From contig JAQGDQ010002380.1 of assembly GCA_030141605.1 (NCBI GenBank), positions 62,001 to 126,000 of the forward strand: a stretch of DNA of 64,000 nt, in the 5' to 3' direction. Position numbers and translations under genes: made by a program. This document shows, one piece after another, positions 1 to 13,338 of this stretch (position 1 is the stretch's first letter; every line of letters begins with the position of its first letter). The notes under the pieces were generated by a model that saw only the letters and a program-made list of their open reading frames with translations, had not been told where the DNA came from and searched no databases. The DNA is from Tubiluchus corallicola (Eukaryota > Animalia > Priapulida).

Positions 1-3000
1 TCCTTCAGATAGAGACAATTTACCACTGCTCTTAGAGGTATTGATATAAAAATATTAGTAGTATTTGACAGGCTATAACACTCTAACTGCTTTGCTCTTG
101 AAATTCATCTTTTCAAGCATTTTAAAGCAGGTTGTTAGTTCTGCTAGTTGACCGTCGGTTCTTCGTGTCTATATGGTGTAGTTTTGGCTTGAACAAATTA
201 ATGCAAAGTGAGGACTCTTCTTACCCAATATCTCTGTGTCAATTTTAAATTTATGTACAATTGTGTGTTTAATTTTTAGGAGCTTCACAAGATCTTTACG
301 ATGGAAGCCAAGTTTTCCGGCAACAATCAACTAATCTTGGCCACCACGATACCGGGCGCTAAATACTGGATAGATTTGGGTTACGACATCCCGAAAATCT
401 CTTCGTGCGTTTATAAATACGTTTCTTATTTTTGATGAAAATAATTGGTACTAATAACGCTATTTAAAAGTTGAATTATCAGTGAATGATAAATTATTAT
501 GTAGAAGATAACCGCCCTGCAGGTCAAGTGACTAACCTCAAAATTGTCCTTGAAATCTATCATCTACTACCATTAATCCTTGCAAAGCGCCTTGTGTAAA
601 AAACATCTCTGGTTATTTGTGCTCAAAGAGAAAAAGCTTCTCATAATATTCTTGATTTCTAAATGCAGGTTTAGTGATTATTTACCAATGATGACTTATC
701 ACCTTAATGGAATATGGAACAAACACGCTGGTCATGGAAGTCCTTTGCATCCTCACTCCTACGATGTGGACAAAACTGCGAATATTGTAAGTGAAGAGGT
801 CGCCTTTGAAATATCTTTGTTTTTAGTAATTTCAGTTAAGTGTAAGACAACTTGGAAAATCACACACAAGCAAGGGCAGCATTTTTGTGTCATGTGTGTG
901 AAAGGGATAAATTATTGGAAAATCACGGAAGCACTTTTGAGACTAATAGCTATGAAGATGCGGTATGATCGTTTTCCTTAGATAACCTAGTAATCTTCCA
1001 TGCCATATAGTGTTCCTTGGTTTTTAGGGTACTTGGATAACCTAATAATCTTCCATGCCATGTAGTGTTCCTTAGTTTTTAGTGTACTTGGATAACCTAA
1101 TAATCTTCCATGCCATGTAGTGTTCCTTAGTTTTTAGTGTACTTAGATAATCTAATAATCTTCCATGCCATATAATGTTCCTTAGTTTTTAGTGTACTTA
1201 GATAACCTAATAATCTTCCATGCCATGTAGTGTTCCTTAGTTTTTAGGGTACTTAAATAACCTAGTAATCTTTCATGTCATATAGCGTTCCTTAGTTTTT
1301 AGTGTACTTAGATAATCTAATAATCTTCCATGCCATGTAATGTTCCTTAGTTTTTAGTGTACTTAGATAATCTAATAATCTTCCATGCCATGTAATGTTC
1401 CTTAGTTTTTAGCGTACTTAGATAATCTAATAATCTTCCATGCCATATAATGTTCTTTAGTTTTTAGTGTACTTAGATAATCTAATAATCTTCCATGCCA
1501 TGTAGTGTTCCTTAGTTTTTAGTGTACTTAGATAATCTATTAATCTTCCATGCCATGTAGTGTTGCTTAGTTTTTAGTGTACTTAGATAATCTAATAATC
1601 TTCCATGCCATGTAGTGTTCCTTAGTTTTTAGTGTATTTAGATAATCTAATAATCTTCCATGCCATATAACGTTCCTTAGTTTTTAGTGTACTTAGACAA
1701 TCTAATAATCTTCCATGCCATATAGCGTTCCTTAGTTTTTAGTGTACTTAGATAATTTAATAATCTTCCATGCCATATAGCGTTCCTTAGTTTTTAGTGT
1801 ACTTAGATAACCTAAATCCTATTATCGTTGCTTTTTTTTAAGGAATTCATCGTCCAATATTGGATAAACCATGGAACGGATCCAAAGAAATTGCTGCTGG
1901 GAATTCCTCTTTTTGGACAGACTTACACTCTCCAAGACCCATCTGACCACATGTTAAATGCACCTATTGTAGGAAGTGGCAAGGCTGGACACATGTATCA
2001 ACAGGAAGGAATGATGCCGTACTACGAGGTTTGTGCCCACAAAACTTTGCTTGAGCTTATTCTTATTAAGATTTTCGGCTTCTTGTGGATTGGTAAACAC
2101 CAATCTTATTACTGCTTAAGTGATAGATTTAGCCAACTGAACAACTGATAATGCTTCTTGCGAATATTTTTTGAATGACTTACAGATCTACGTCTTCACT
2201 CATAATAAATGAATAAATTACGACAAAATTTGCAGATTATAAAGATTCGCAAATCTGTTTCGGAAAATTCACAAACATTTTAATGGTACCAATGTGCGGC
2301 ATTTGTCACATTTGCAAATAAATAAAAATTGTGGTTTATTTCTATTAATTTTAATGACTTGCATTACTTAAATCTTTTGTAGGTGTGTTCTGAAGTGATG
2401 CCAAGCTATGAAAGCTTTTGGGTTGAAGATCAGCTTGTTCCATTTGCTTACAAAAATGACCAATGGATTGGCTACGAGGATTCAAGGAGTATTAGTGAAA
2501 AGGTAACAATCCTTTGCAGTATATTTGGACAAGTTCTAGAACTTCCATCACCAAACTTTCACTAATTTTTTTGTACGTATTGTTGACCACAGTTAGCATT
2601 CAACTGGTTACTGATCACCAACTTTTGTAATTTTTGCAACGCATTTGCATGTTATCAACGGGCCTCATTTTTCCCTGACTGACAATAGGGTTCGTCTAAC
2701 TAGTTTTTGTTTGTAGGTCAAGTATGTGATCGACAATCACCTTGGAGGCGTTATGGTCTGGGCATTAGGTTTTGATGATTTTAAAGGTCATTGTAATCAT
2801 GGAAGGAATCCTCTGTTGACCACAATAAAAACAGAATTGCTGGAAGTGACACAGGTGACCTATGTAATCCACACAAAATCTTCAAATGTTTTACAGCAGT
2901 TGCCGCACAAGTATGAAACGGGTGCAGTAGAACCACATTATGCAACATCACATCACGGTGAGACGTACAGGCGTCATACTGTGCAACATCGGCGACACTA

Positions 3001-5869
3001 CGTACAACATGTATCCCATCAGCAAGAAGGACAACACCCTGTTCATGGATATGATGAGCACCATGCCTACCATGGGCACAGTCGCAGTCGCAGAGTGGAG
3101 TCATCATATTCACGGCACGGGAATTATCACGATGCGTATCCTCATCAAACACAAGGAAGTTACATACCATATCAAGAACACGAAATGATTCCCCACGAAA
3201 CGTACAATTACGAAACATATCCACACAGAGATGCATATGAAGTCTACCCTAGCAACAGCTATCCTTATGACGCTCACAATTATGTAATATATCTGCCGGA
3301 GCAGTATGACGTGCACCCTCATCAAACACATGAGAATTACGGTGCATATTCAGCACATGGACAGTATGATGATTTCGAAGTACATCCTCGTGAAAGTTCT
3401 GAAATATATCCAGTAAACGAGCCGCATGCGTACCCTTATGAAAAAAGCAATTATTACGATACTTACCCTGGGTCTGAACTCTATGAAGTTCATCCTTATG
3501 AAAGTTATGGTTATGAAACACACCCTGATGAACTGTATGCTGAACATGGACATTATGAAGGGCATCCTCGTGAAACATACCCTGAACATGGACATTATGA
3601 AGGGCATCCTCGTGAAACATATCCTGAACATGGACATTATGAAGGGCATCCTCGTGAAACATACCCTGAACATGGACATTATGAAGTGCATCCTCGTGAA
3701 ACATACCCTGAACATGGACATTATGAAGTGCATCCTCGTGAAACATACCCTGAACATGGACATTATGAAGTGCATCCTCATGAAACATACCCTGAACATG
3801 GACATTATGAAGTGCATCCTCGTGAAACATACCCTGAACATGGACACTATGAAGTGCATCCTCATGAAACATACCCTGAACATGGACATTATGAAGTGCA
3901 TCCTCGTGAAACATACCCTGAACATGGACATTATGAAGTGCTTCCTCATGAAACATACCCTGAACATGGACACTATGAAGTGCTTCCTCATGAAACATAC
4001 CCTGAACATGGACACTATGAAGTGCATCCTCATGAAACATACCCTGAACATGGACACTATGAAGTGCATCCTCGTGAAACATACCCTGAACATGGACATT
4101 ATGAAGTGCATCCTCGTGAAACATACCCTGAACATGGACATTATGAAGTGCATCCTCATGAAACATACCCTGAACATGGACATTATGAAGTGCATCCTCA
4201 TGAAACATACCCTGAACATGGACATTATGAAGTGCTTCCTCATGAAACATACCCTGAACATGGACACTATGAAGTGCATCCTCATGAAGCGTACCCTGAA
4301 CATGGACACTATGAAGTGCTTCCTCATGAAACATACCCTGAACATGGACACTATGAAGTGCATCCTCATGAAACATACCCTGAACATGGACACTATGAAG
4401 TGCATCCTCGTGAAACATACCCTGAACATGGACATTATGAAGTGCATCCTCGTGAAACATACCCTGAACATGGACATTATGAAGTGCATCCTCATGAAAC
4501 ATACCCTGAACATGGACATTATGAAGTGCATCCTCATGAAACATACCCTGAACATGGACATTATGAAGTGCTTCCTCATGAAACATACCCTGAACATGGA
4601 CACTATGAAGTGCATCCTCATGAAACATACCCTGAACATGGACATTATGAAGTGCTTCCTCATGAAACATACCCTGAACATGGACACTATGAAGTGCATC
4701 CTCATGAAACATACCCTGAACATGGACACTATGAAGTGCATCCTCATGAAACGTACCCTGAACATGGACACTATGAAGTTCATCCTAATGAATTATATCC
4801 TCATGAAGAGTATCCTGAACATGGACACTATGAAGTGCATCCTCATGAAACGTATCCTGAACATGGACACTATGAAGTGCATCCTCATGAAGAGTATCCT
4901 GAACATGGACACTATGAAGTGCATCCTCATGAAACGTATCCTGAACATGGACACTATGAAGTGCATCCTCATGAAACGTACCCTGAACATGGACACTATG
5001 AAGTGCATCCTCATGAAACGTATCCTGAATATGGACACTATGAAGTGCATCCTCATGAAACGTACCCTGAATATGGACACTATGAAGTGCATCCTCATGA
5101 AACGTACCCTGAACATGGACACTATGAAGTGCATCCTCATGAAACGTACCCTGAACATGGACACTATGAAGTGCATCCTCATGAAACGTACCCTGAACAT
5201 GGACACTATGAAGTGCATCCTCATGAAACGTACCCTGAACATGGACACTATGAAGTGCATCCTCATGAAACATACCCTGAACATGGACACGATGCATATG
5301 AAAGCTATCCAGGCCACTATGATACGTATCCATCACATGTTTCCACAGTTGGTATTCCATTTCCACACCATACAGCTTATTCTTATGAAGGGTATCCTAC
5401 AAATCAATCCTATGAACAATATCCACGTAATACTTACAACGATTATGAATTACCTGGTACTGTTGGACACGAGACATATCCCAGTAATACTCATGGGGGC
5501 GAAAGCCTTGGCCCAGTAGTTGCCCAGGAAGAGCAGAGGCCATATAATCCAGAATTGGAGGAAACAAAACTTTCGGATTCCGGTTCATCTGCTTCTGGAA
5601 GAAACGGCGCTGTGGGAATGGCTACAGAAAGTACGCAATGTGAGGTGAAAGGACCAGGTCCCTCTTGCTCCGGACATTCGCACATGGTAATGGCAAATCC
5701 AATAAACTGTCGCAAGTACTATCTATGTCTGTGGCAGAACACACCCAATGAAATGCGTGTTCCAATGAACTGCCCGGAGGGAACAGTCTTTCATCCATTC
5801 AAATACATGTGTGATGATAAGGAAAATGTTGATACATCCGTAATATGTAAATGTGGAGAAGAGTCGTGA
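1..5869 (+). CDS. GH18 chitinase / chitinase-like protein (5'-partial) with long His-rich repeat linker and C-terminal CBM14 (peritrophin-A) chitin-binding domain
   Basis: GT-AG exons <1-37, 280-404, 669-786, 1843-2028, 2383-2502, 2717-5869 splice in frame. They give GH18 motifs GYDIPKIS, MMTYHLNGIW, YWINHGTDPKKLLLGIPLFG, PYYEVC, QWIGYED and LGGVMVWALGFDDF. The C-terminus C..NCRKYYLC..CPEGTVF..C..C fits CBM14. AATAAA at 6010. The catalytic DxDxE motif would lie upstream of the window. Confidence 0.93.
974..1815. repeat. 55-bp intronic minisatellite, about 15 copies
   Basis: Unit TTTTTAGTGTACTTAGATAATCTAATAATCTTCCATGCCATGTAGTGTTCCTTAG repeats at 55-bp period inside the chitinase intron. Confidence 0.95.
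3542..5290 (+). repeat. Coding 42-bp tandem repeat, 41 units of EHGHYEVHP(H/R)ETYP
   Basis: The 42-bp period is directly visible. One unit carries an in-frame 15-bp insertion (NELYP). No frameshifts or stops. Confidence 0.98.
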
Positions 5870-7070
5870 TATGTAGCAGTAGACTAATTTGTTTTTGTGT
5901 GCCAGTCCTTGCTGTTTACCTGTGACCATGTTTAATCCCTTTTCAAAAGTGGGAGGAATAGTGTCCTAGTAATGCTTAGCAGTATCTTTTTATTACCTAG
6001 ATCATTGGAAATAAATGTAATTGACTAAAGCAGCAACCGAATTGCAACAGCGGAAAACTGATAATTTCATTTCTGCCTTTTTGAACATCATCGATCAGGT
6101 TTTATTACTTGAGGTAATATTTTTTTTAAAAGGAAACACTTGTTTTGTAGCTGAGCAGAACTTCCTTAGCCTTTCGTTTAAGACTTTGGTGCTCGGTACT
6201 CTTGCTGCTTATGCCCAAAACAACTAGACCTGCTACTGCCGGCAAAAGTATATTTTTTCCAAAGTTACTAGTAGAAGCTTTAGTGTAGTTCTATAGCTTT
6301 ATTTACAGTATGTTTTAGTGATAGTATTTATGTTGCTAGTAGTTGATTTAGGCCAAAGCTACAGAGCTATAATCTGGTTTTTTTCCTTCATTAGCTGGTT
6401 CTGTTTCGATTACTTTATTCCTCAAACTGATTTTAAAAACAAGTGATTTTCTCAACATTATTATCTGTATATTCGTGCCAAAATTTGGGCATCGTTAACT
6501 TATTGATTATAATGATTTCAGTTTATAATTCCTAATACAATTTAAATTACGCGTAAGTTCAAAATTTAAATAAAAAGAATTTTTGTGCATGAAATTAATG
6601 TTATGTTGTTATAGCAACGTTCACTTTGTTGTTGATGTTTTGTCGTTTATTGTTAAGACAGAATGCATCTTTTGCATACCGTTGTTGTTATCCTTGTTAA
6701 TAGTATTGTTATTATTTTTGCATAAAATTGATTTTGAATTATGCACATTCTAAAGCGAGCAAAATGACATTAAGATTGGAGTACACTGTAAAAATGAATA
6801 AAAATTATGCCCAATAGCGTAATTTTTGTAATTCAGTTTTATTAATAAAGCTATAATGCAAAATCGTTGAGTATTATGATAATTTTTATTATTTGTACAA
6901 AAACTACATGTTGTTATCGCAATTGTGACATTTTAAGGCCGTTTTTATATATTTGTAATAAATCTATATACAAAACTAATTCTAAGGACTTAATCCAACA
7001 GTAAAATTTAACATTGCAATTTTTTGATAACCGGAAGTAAGTAATGCTTCATGCATGCCCTGAATTTAAC

Positions 7071-9402
7071 TTAATAACAATAACATCGTTGGCCACCTAC
7101 TGGACGATGTAAAGTGTTATCATGGCGAATCGGACTCGTTGAATATCCATGCTGTCGGTATTTACTGGGATGGCCGTAGCTGTAATCGTCGTTAGCATAT
7201 CCGCCATTGTGATAAGTTTTCGTTGATGGATAATCGTAGCCGTAGCCGTCGTAAGAATGGCTTAATATTGGTCGAACTATGTCGTACTTGTATAACGTTT
7301 CTGGTTGATAATATTCATGGCCTTCCCTAGGACAAGAAGCAAAGCATTTAATTATGTTCATCGACTTGTTAATTAAACTATATTAACCCCGATGTATATA
7401 CTCGGTGTAGCAATAGATGCATTTCAAAAAAAGAGTTAAAATTCAAGCGAGACCACGTGACTAAAATACACATGCAATCGCTGCAGTTGGGTGTTTAAAT
7501 AAACTTGTTATTCTTTATAGTAAAATATTTCGTTAAAATATTTTTATAGTAAAAGAGAAATAAAAAGCGGTTTCTACTGAAAAATTTTCGTATGTCTACG
7601 ATTTAACTTCTAATAAAGTCATAACTTACTTTACTGATATTTTGGTAATTGGTTAAAAATATATTAACATAGCTTCTGTTTTAATAAATTTAATAATTTT
7701 ACGAAGTGCACTGTAGTGACATCTATTAACGAATAAGTTAATTAATCAGTGTTCTGTGCCCACTGCGAACCTTACAAACTGGTTTTAGGCATGATTGCGT
7801 TATCCATCGTTAAACAAGAAATTTAATAATCACGATCAAGTGAATTTAAACAAGTGAACAGCTGTTTTAAAAGCAAACAAACTAAGTATGATTTCAGTAA
7901 CACTTGATTTCAGACAATGTTGTTCATATAATTTGCCAGATAATTACTATCAAAACAATTTGTTACTTTTTGGCGCTTGTTAAATTGCAAAACAATATAA
8001 TAAGTTTCAGCCGTTTTGAATTATAACTTTAGTTTAGTTTTGTTTAGTTTTGTCTGTATGCTTACTTGTAATCGTAGTCGTAACCTCTAGATTTTGCTGA
8101 GGTCTCCTTCGCGTAGGATTTATCTTGACTAGTCAAAGTTCCGTGAGCCCGACCAGAGCGAGAAAATGAGGTTTCGCTACTTTTCTGCCCATCTCCTTCC
8201 AACTTGCCTTTGCTCACCGGTCCGTACGTTGTGGTGTGAAAATAAGTTTTTGGAGCTGGTGCTACTTTGTGATAGGCTGCTGTGTTGCCCTTATAGCCGT
8301 GTGGAACAGCACCTCCGGGAGCAAACGCCACATCGTTCCGGTACGATGGCCCACTGGCGCTTACCATGCTAAGTACAGCAACGGCTAGAACGGCAACAAG
8401 AATCGTATCCCTGCAACGAAAATTTGCATTAGCCTTGTGTTAAGTGCACAGGTAAGAAGTGTATCATCATCATGATCATCGCCGTCGTCTTCATCGTAGT
8501 TGCATTCATCATTCGTCATTATCATCATCAAAACAGCAGCAGCAGCAACAGCAATAGCAACAACGACAACAACAACAACAATTACTTCTACAACTACATT
8601 ACTATTACTGCTACTGCTACTAAAACTACAACAATAATTACAACAACAGTAGCATGATTAACAGTAACAACGACGGTAGCATCAGCAACAAGCAACATCA
8701 ACATTATAACTACCCGGAACTGGTATTTGCCAGATGATAAAGTTCCCAACTCTTACAAGCATGGGTCTAAATTCAACTTAAAATTTGAAACAAAAACTTT
8801 TGCAAAATTTAGATTTACAGTTTAAGAACGTGGTCCTAATTCTGAATTTTCGCATCTTTTTAACATGTTTATTTAAAAAATCAATTAATTGAATAAGCTT
8901 TGAAATCAGTAATGAGCATAAGTATCCACTTTTTTAAAGAAAATTGCACAAACGTGGATGTAAAAATACGTCAAAAGCTTGTTGTGCGCTTCAGTACTAA
9001 GTTCGCACTATAATTTGCAAATTTTACAAATAAATTTACATTTCATTATTAACAAGAAGATAATATTATTAGATAACATTATTGTAATCCTTTTATAGAA
9101 TATTTCAATTACAAGCTGTTATTTCGATACTATTTTTGTAGTTTTAAACTTCAAATCAAACGTTTGCACATTTTTTTTTAAATTGATTATTTATGCTGAC
9201 TGCTGAATTGAGCAAATTAGACTAGACTGCTGATCAAAAATTTTAAACTTGCTAATAAAAAACATTTTCAGAAAATGAATAGGACTCTGTGCATCGTTAA
9301 TTTATAAAGCTAGCAACTAAATGACTTTTTACAGATTTATCAAAATCATTCAAACGTTTACATCAAGTTTTGAAATAAAAAAACAGTTACTCGCACTTAC
9401 AT
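7071..9402 (-). CDS. Secreted Tyr/His/Gly/Ser-rich low-complexity protein, ~200 aa, ending in RCYCY
   Basis: Exons 8410-8066 (DTILVAVLAVAVLSMVSA-SG.. signal peptide; donor GTAAGC) and 7326-7071 join in phase 2. The start is best explained as AT (9402-9401)|gtaagt..ttgcag|G. A candidate non-coding first exon ends at 10239, with TATTTAAA near 10308-10315. Confidence 0.75.
8462..8700. repeat. Compound trinucleotide microsatellite (CAT/CAG/CAA/ACT)
   Basis: Visible simple repeats in an intron. Confidence 0.85.
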
Positions 9403-10538
9403 TTTGAAGTTTTGCTCTCTGACCGTAGGCCTGCGATTGTGGAACAATTTGACAACTGTGGCAGTCGGGAAAATGTGGAAAGCATTTATAGAGGCCAATT
9501 AGAAACGTCCTCCAAATGATAGCGGTCATGGCGTAAAAACTGGGTGCCAATTTCAGGAAAATGCACTAGTTTCTGGGCGGAAAATTACCATCGTTAGCGT
9601 ATATACAGGATATTAAGCCCTACATTTATAGACAATAACGCTGTGTTAATGTTTAAAGGTTTCCAGCAAGAAACACGGGTTAGTTGTTCGTTTTTTTCTA
9701 TTTTTATGTGTTAGGCAAACGTGGACACCAAAACTTTAGTATAAATTATCGAAACTTCAGTATAATGACGAATTGGTTTATGACAATTTATAAGTGACTC
9801 CTCAATTAGACATATTACGTACGTTGTGTTTCAGGAAATGATAATTCGTTGTATTTTCTAAAAAATAATCATATGTATCTGTAAACTTAATAAAGATTTA
9901 AATTGTTTATTACAGAAAAATATCCGTTTCATAGACAGATCATTGTATAACAAGTTTCAATAAATTTTTATTAGAAAAATGCAGTGTTTCTACTACATCA
10001 TTTCCGGCCACCCGTCTTACTTGAATACACAGTTACTTTGCAAACCTTTCAATTATTATGTCTTTTTTCGCTATATTACATCAACCCATATACATTTGTA
10101 CCTCTAATGATATCGAAAAAGCAAAATATTTAATGACGACTACGTGTTTTAACAAGCTCGGTTATACGTGTTAGCAACTTGTGCAACTTAGCAACAACGA
10201 ACATGATAGCAACTTTTTGACATTTGTTTTAAACTTACGAATTCTAATTAATATTACTCTAATTAATAGCAGTTGTGAATTGAGTTCGATTCCTCCAATG
10301 TTCACTGTTTAAATAAGTACTTGACTGTGGTTACGTTGTGCTGATGCTTTGCTGCTGTTATTCACTATGAGATTTTGCAGTATTATTTGTTCACTTAACA
10401 TGCTTCATTCAATAGGACTTTCTGGACAACCCAATGCCCATTCTTAAAAGTTACGTCTCTTTGCGGTGTAGAAGGTATTGGGTTCGACTCTTCAGTCCCT
10501 TATAAGCATCTCGTTGACAAAACTAATGTCTAATGTGT

Positions 10539-10662
10539 CTAGACATAGACATAGACATAGACATAGACATAGACATAGACATAGACATAGACATAGACAT
10601 AGACATAGACATAGACATAGACATAGACATAGACATAGACATAGACATAGACATAGACATAG
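10539..10662. repeat. (AGACAT)n hexanucleotide microsatellite, about 20 copies; probable 3' tail of a minus-strand retroposon
   Basis: Perfect repeat followed by ACATTTATT, which reads AATAAATGT then (ATGTCT)n on the minus strand. Confidence 0.85.
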
Positions 10663-11620
10663 AACATTTATTTTCTCCAATTAGTTTAACATCAAACGTT
10701 TTTTAAATATTAAGTAATTATAATCATGGAGCAGGGCAGGGAAGGACCGTAGGGTCTTCTAGTCTCCTGCCATTTCTTATAAATAGATTAAGACATTAAA
10801 AATTAACGGTGATGCTGCAGATAACAAAAACAAAAACAAATAAGAAAAAAATAATAATAAAAACAGTATAAATGATACAAATTATTCAAAAAGAACTGAA
10901 AACAAAAAATAATAAAGTTAGATCTAAACAAAACAATACAATTATTCAGTAATTAGGATTATTATATGTAGTAGTTTCAAATGGGGTCTTATTAACAGGG
11001 GAATTTGGCCAAGGTTAGTGAGTAAAGTTAAAAACTGAGAGTACGGAAAGAAAAAAATAAGCATAAAAAGTGTAATATAGAAAAATTTATGAGAAAAAGT
11101 AACTATGAGAAAGAGCAACAATTACTTAGGAGATGAGTTTACTCTAGGTAAACTAATGTGTGGAATTATAGTACTAGTTACAAATTAGTCAGTGCGTGCC
11201 CTTGAGATGTATGCAACTAAGCAGAGTAGGACTAAACCCAATAATTATTTGTAAACCTGTAAATTGGTGAGCAAGCTTCGCAGTAAACCGTTTGCCGTAA
11301 AAATAGATGCGCATATTATGAACAATACCAAGTTTTAAATACGAATACAGAATTTGGAGATTCTAATGTGAATTAAACGAAAAATTCAAATTTTCAAAAA
11401 ATATCTTTTATCCATTAAGTTAAATCATTACTGACTTTAAAAAACTGTTCGATACCTTTCTGACACTTTAAATCGTTTTCTCTTGATTGGAAGTTGAAGT
11501 GGTGAGAGCGAGTATCTGTGCACTATCCTGATTTTTTTGTATTTTTAATTTCAATGCCAAAAATGTTTGCTTGTTCATGTACATCATATCTATGTTAACT
11601 CGTCTTAAGAAACTGCTAAT

Positions 11621-11740
11621 GTCTACGGCCATATCACATTGAATACACCGGTTCTCGTCTGATCACCGAAGTTAAGCAATGTAGAGCGTGGTTAGTACTT
11701 GGATGGGGGACCGCCTAGGAATACCACGTGCTGTAGACTT
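11621..11740 (+). rRNA. 5S rRNA gene copy 1
   Basis: GTCTACGGCCATATCAC..GATCACCGAAGTTAAGC..GTTAGTACTTGGATGG..GCTGTAGAC followed by a T-run Pol III terminator. Box C reads GGATGGGGGACC. Confidence 0.93.
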
Positions 11741-12443
11741 TTTAGCTAGTGACTATTAACTATCAAAGTGTGTGCACAACACGACCGTTTCATTTTGACA
11801 GTATTGTTTTTGATTTTTGGAAGTTGAAGTGGTGAAAATAAATGTCTGTCTCGACATTATGTTGATTTTTTTTGCATTTTAATGTGAAAGACTATCTACT
11901 TGTTGCATTTCTCCAATATTATACAAAGTAAGGAAAAATGAAAATAAAACTAGAAAATCAGCCACTGTCCTTCAAAAATGATTTTTGATTTTCATAAAAA
12001 ATCAAAACAGATACTTTGTTACTACGTTCACCTTCATCTATCTATTATTTCTATATTATCTGTCTATAACAAAATGCAGAAGTTAAGCAACCTCAAACCT
12101 GGTTTTGCGTTTGAATGGGTGACTGCCCGGTACTTACATTTTTCTAAATGATCAGGAAGGGTGATGACAAATGCTGTAAGATCTTTTTCACCACTCAAAA
12201 ATGGATTTTTGTTCTGACAAATATTTTTAAATGAAGAATCTTTTTGCTTGTTCATGCTTGATCATTCCCATGTTTAATTATGTCATATCTAGAAGGTAAT
12301 ATACTTAAGCACGGTATTCAACCTCCCTGACATTTTATAATTTCATGTGATATTTCTGTTTATACTTTGCATTAAAATGCTAAAAAGGTTTACTTGTTCA
12401 TGTACATCATTTCTATGTTAACTCATCTTAAGAAACTGTTAAT

Positions 12444-12563
12444 GTCTACTGCCATATCACATTGAAAACACCGGTTCTCGTCTGATCACCGAAGTTAAGC
12501 AATGTAAAGCGTGGTTAGTACTTGGATGGGTGACCGCCTAGGAATACCACGTGCTGTAGACTT
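12444..12563 (+). rRNA. 5S rRNA gene copy 2
   Basis: Full-length copy 823 bp after copy 1, with the same 5' flank, a T5 terminator and a few private substitutions. Confidence 0.92.
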
Positions 12564-12727
12564 TTTAGCTAGTGACTATTATCTATCGAAGTGTGTGCAC
12601 AACACGACCGTTTCATTTTAACAGTATTGTTTTTGATTTTTGGAAGTCGAAGTGGTGGGAATAAGTGTCTGTCTCGACATTATGTTGATTTTTATTTGCT
12701 TTGCATTTTAATGTCTAAAACTATCTA

Positions 12728-12976
12728 GTAGTAGTAGTAGTAGTAGTAGTAAAATCTTTATTCGCCATTATAAAACATTGACCATCATATTAAAAGACAG
12801 ACAATCAGTGTTAGTCCATATAAAAAACATACACTGTTCTAGGCAAATGCGTCTGGTGCAAGCTAAACTATAAGTGCAACTAGAAATTCAAAAAATAAAA
12901 TATAAACTAGTTTAGTAAGGTCTAGGAAAAATGAAATTATGATTTGAGTAAGTATCATCGTGTTCGTATGTCGGAT
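12728..12976 (-). mobile_element. Short 5'-truncated non-LTR retroposon insertion in the 5S spacer
   Basis: Absent from the other spacer copies. Has a (CTA)n tail and AATAAA on the minus strand. Flanked by AATGTCTAAAACTATCTA (12710-12727) and AATGTCAAAAACTATCTA (12977-12994) as a probable TSD. Confidence 0.75.
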
Positions 12977-13338
12977 AATGTCAAAAACTATCTATTTGCT
13001 ACGTTTCTCGAATATTACACAATGTGAAGAAAAATGAAAATAAAACTAGAAAATCAGCCACTGCCCTTCAAAAATTATTTTTGATTTTCATAAAAAATCA
13101 AAACAGATACTTTGTTCCTACGTTCACCTTAATCTATCTATTATTTCTATATTATCTCTTTTCAACGAAATACAGAAGTTAAGCAACCTGGAACCTGGTT
13201 TGGTTTTGTGTTTGAATGGGTGACTGCCCTTGGCTTACATTTTTTTAAATGGACGGGAAGGGTTCTGACAAAAGCTGTAAAATCTTCTTCAACACTCAAA
13301 AATGGATTTTTGTTCTGACAGATATTTTTGTAAAACTA

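Noticed and set aside
3542-5290. CRISPR-like regular periodicity here and at 974-1815, 19303-19702 and 53375-54043
   Set aside because: These are head-to-tail repeats with no unique spacers and no cas genes, in a eukaryotic context.
3249-5519. Long alternative-frame and antisense ORFs (487, 477, 697 aa) over the His-rich repeat
   Set aside because: The 42-bp unit lacks stops in several frames, so these are by-products. Only the frame continuous with GH18 and CBM14 is supported.
11741-12443. snRNA, SL RNA or tRNA linked in the 5S spacer, as in some invertebrates
   Set aside because: I recognised no U1/U2/U5/SL or tRNA sequence by eye, only a degenerate 5S half. An Rfam scan would be needed to exclude them.
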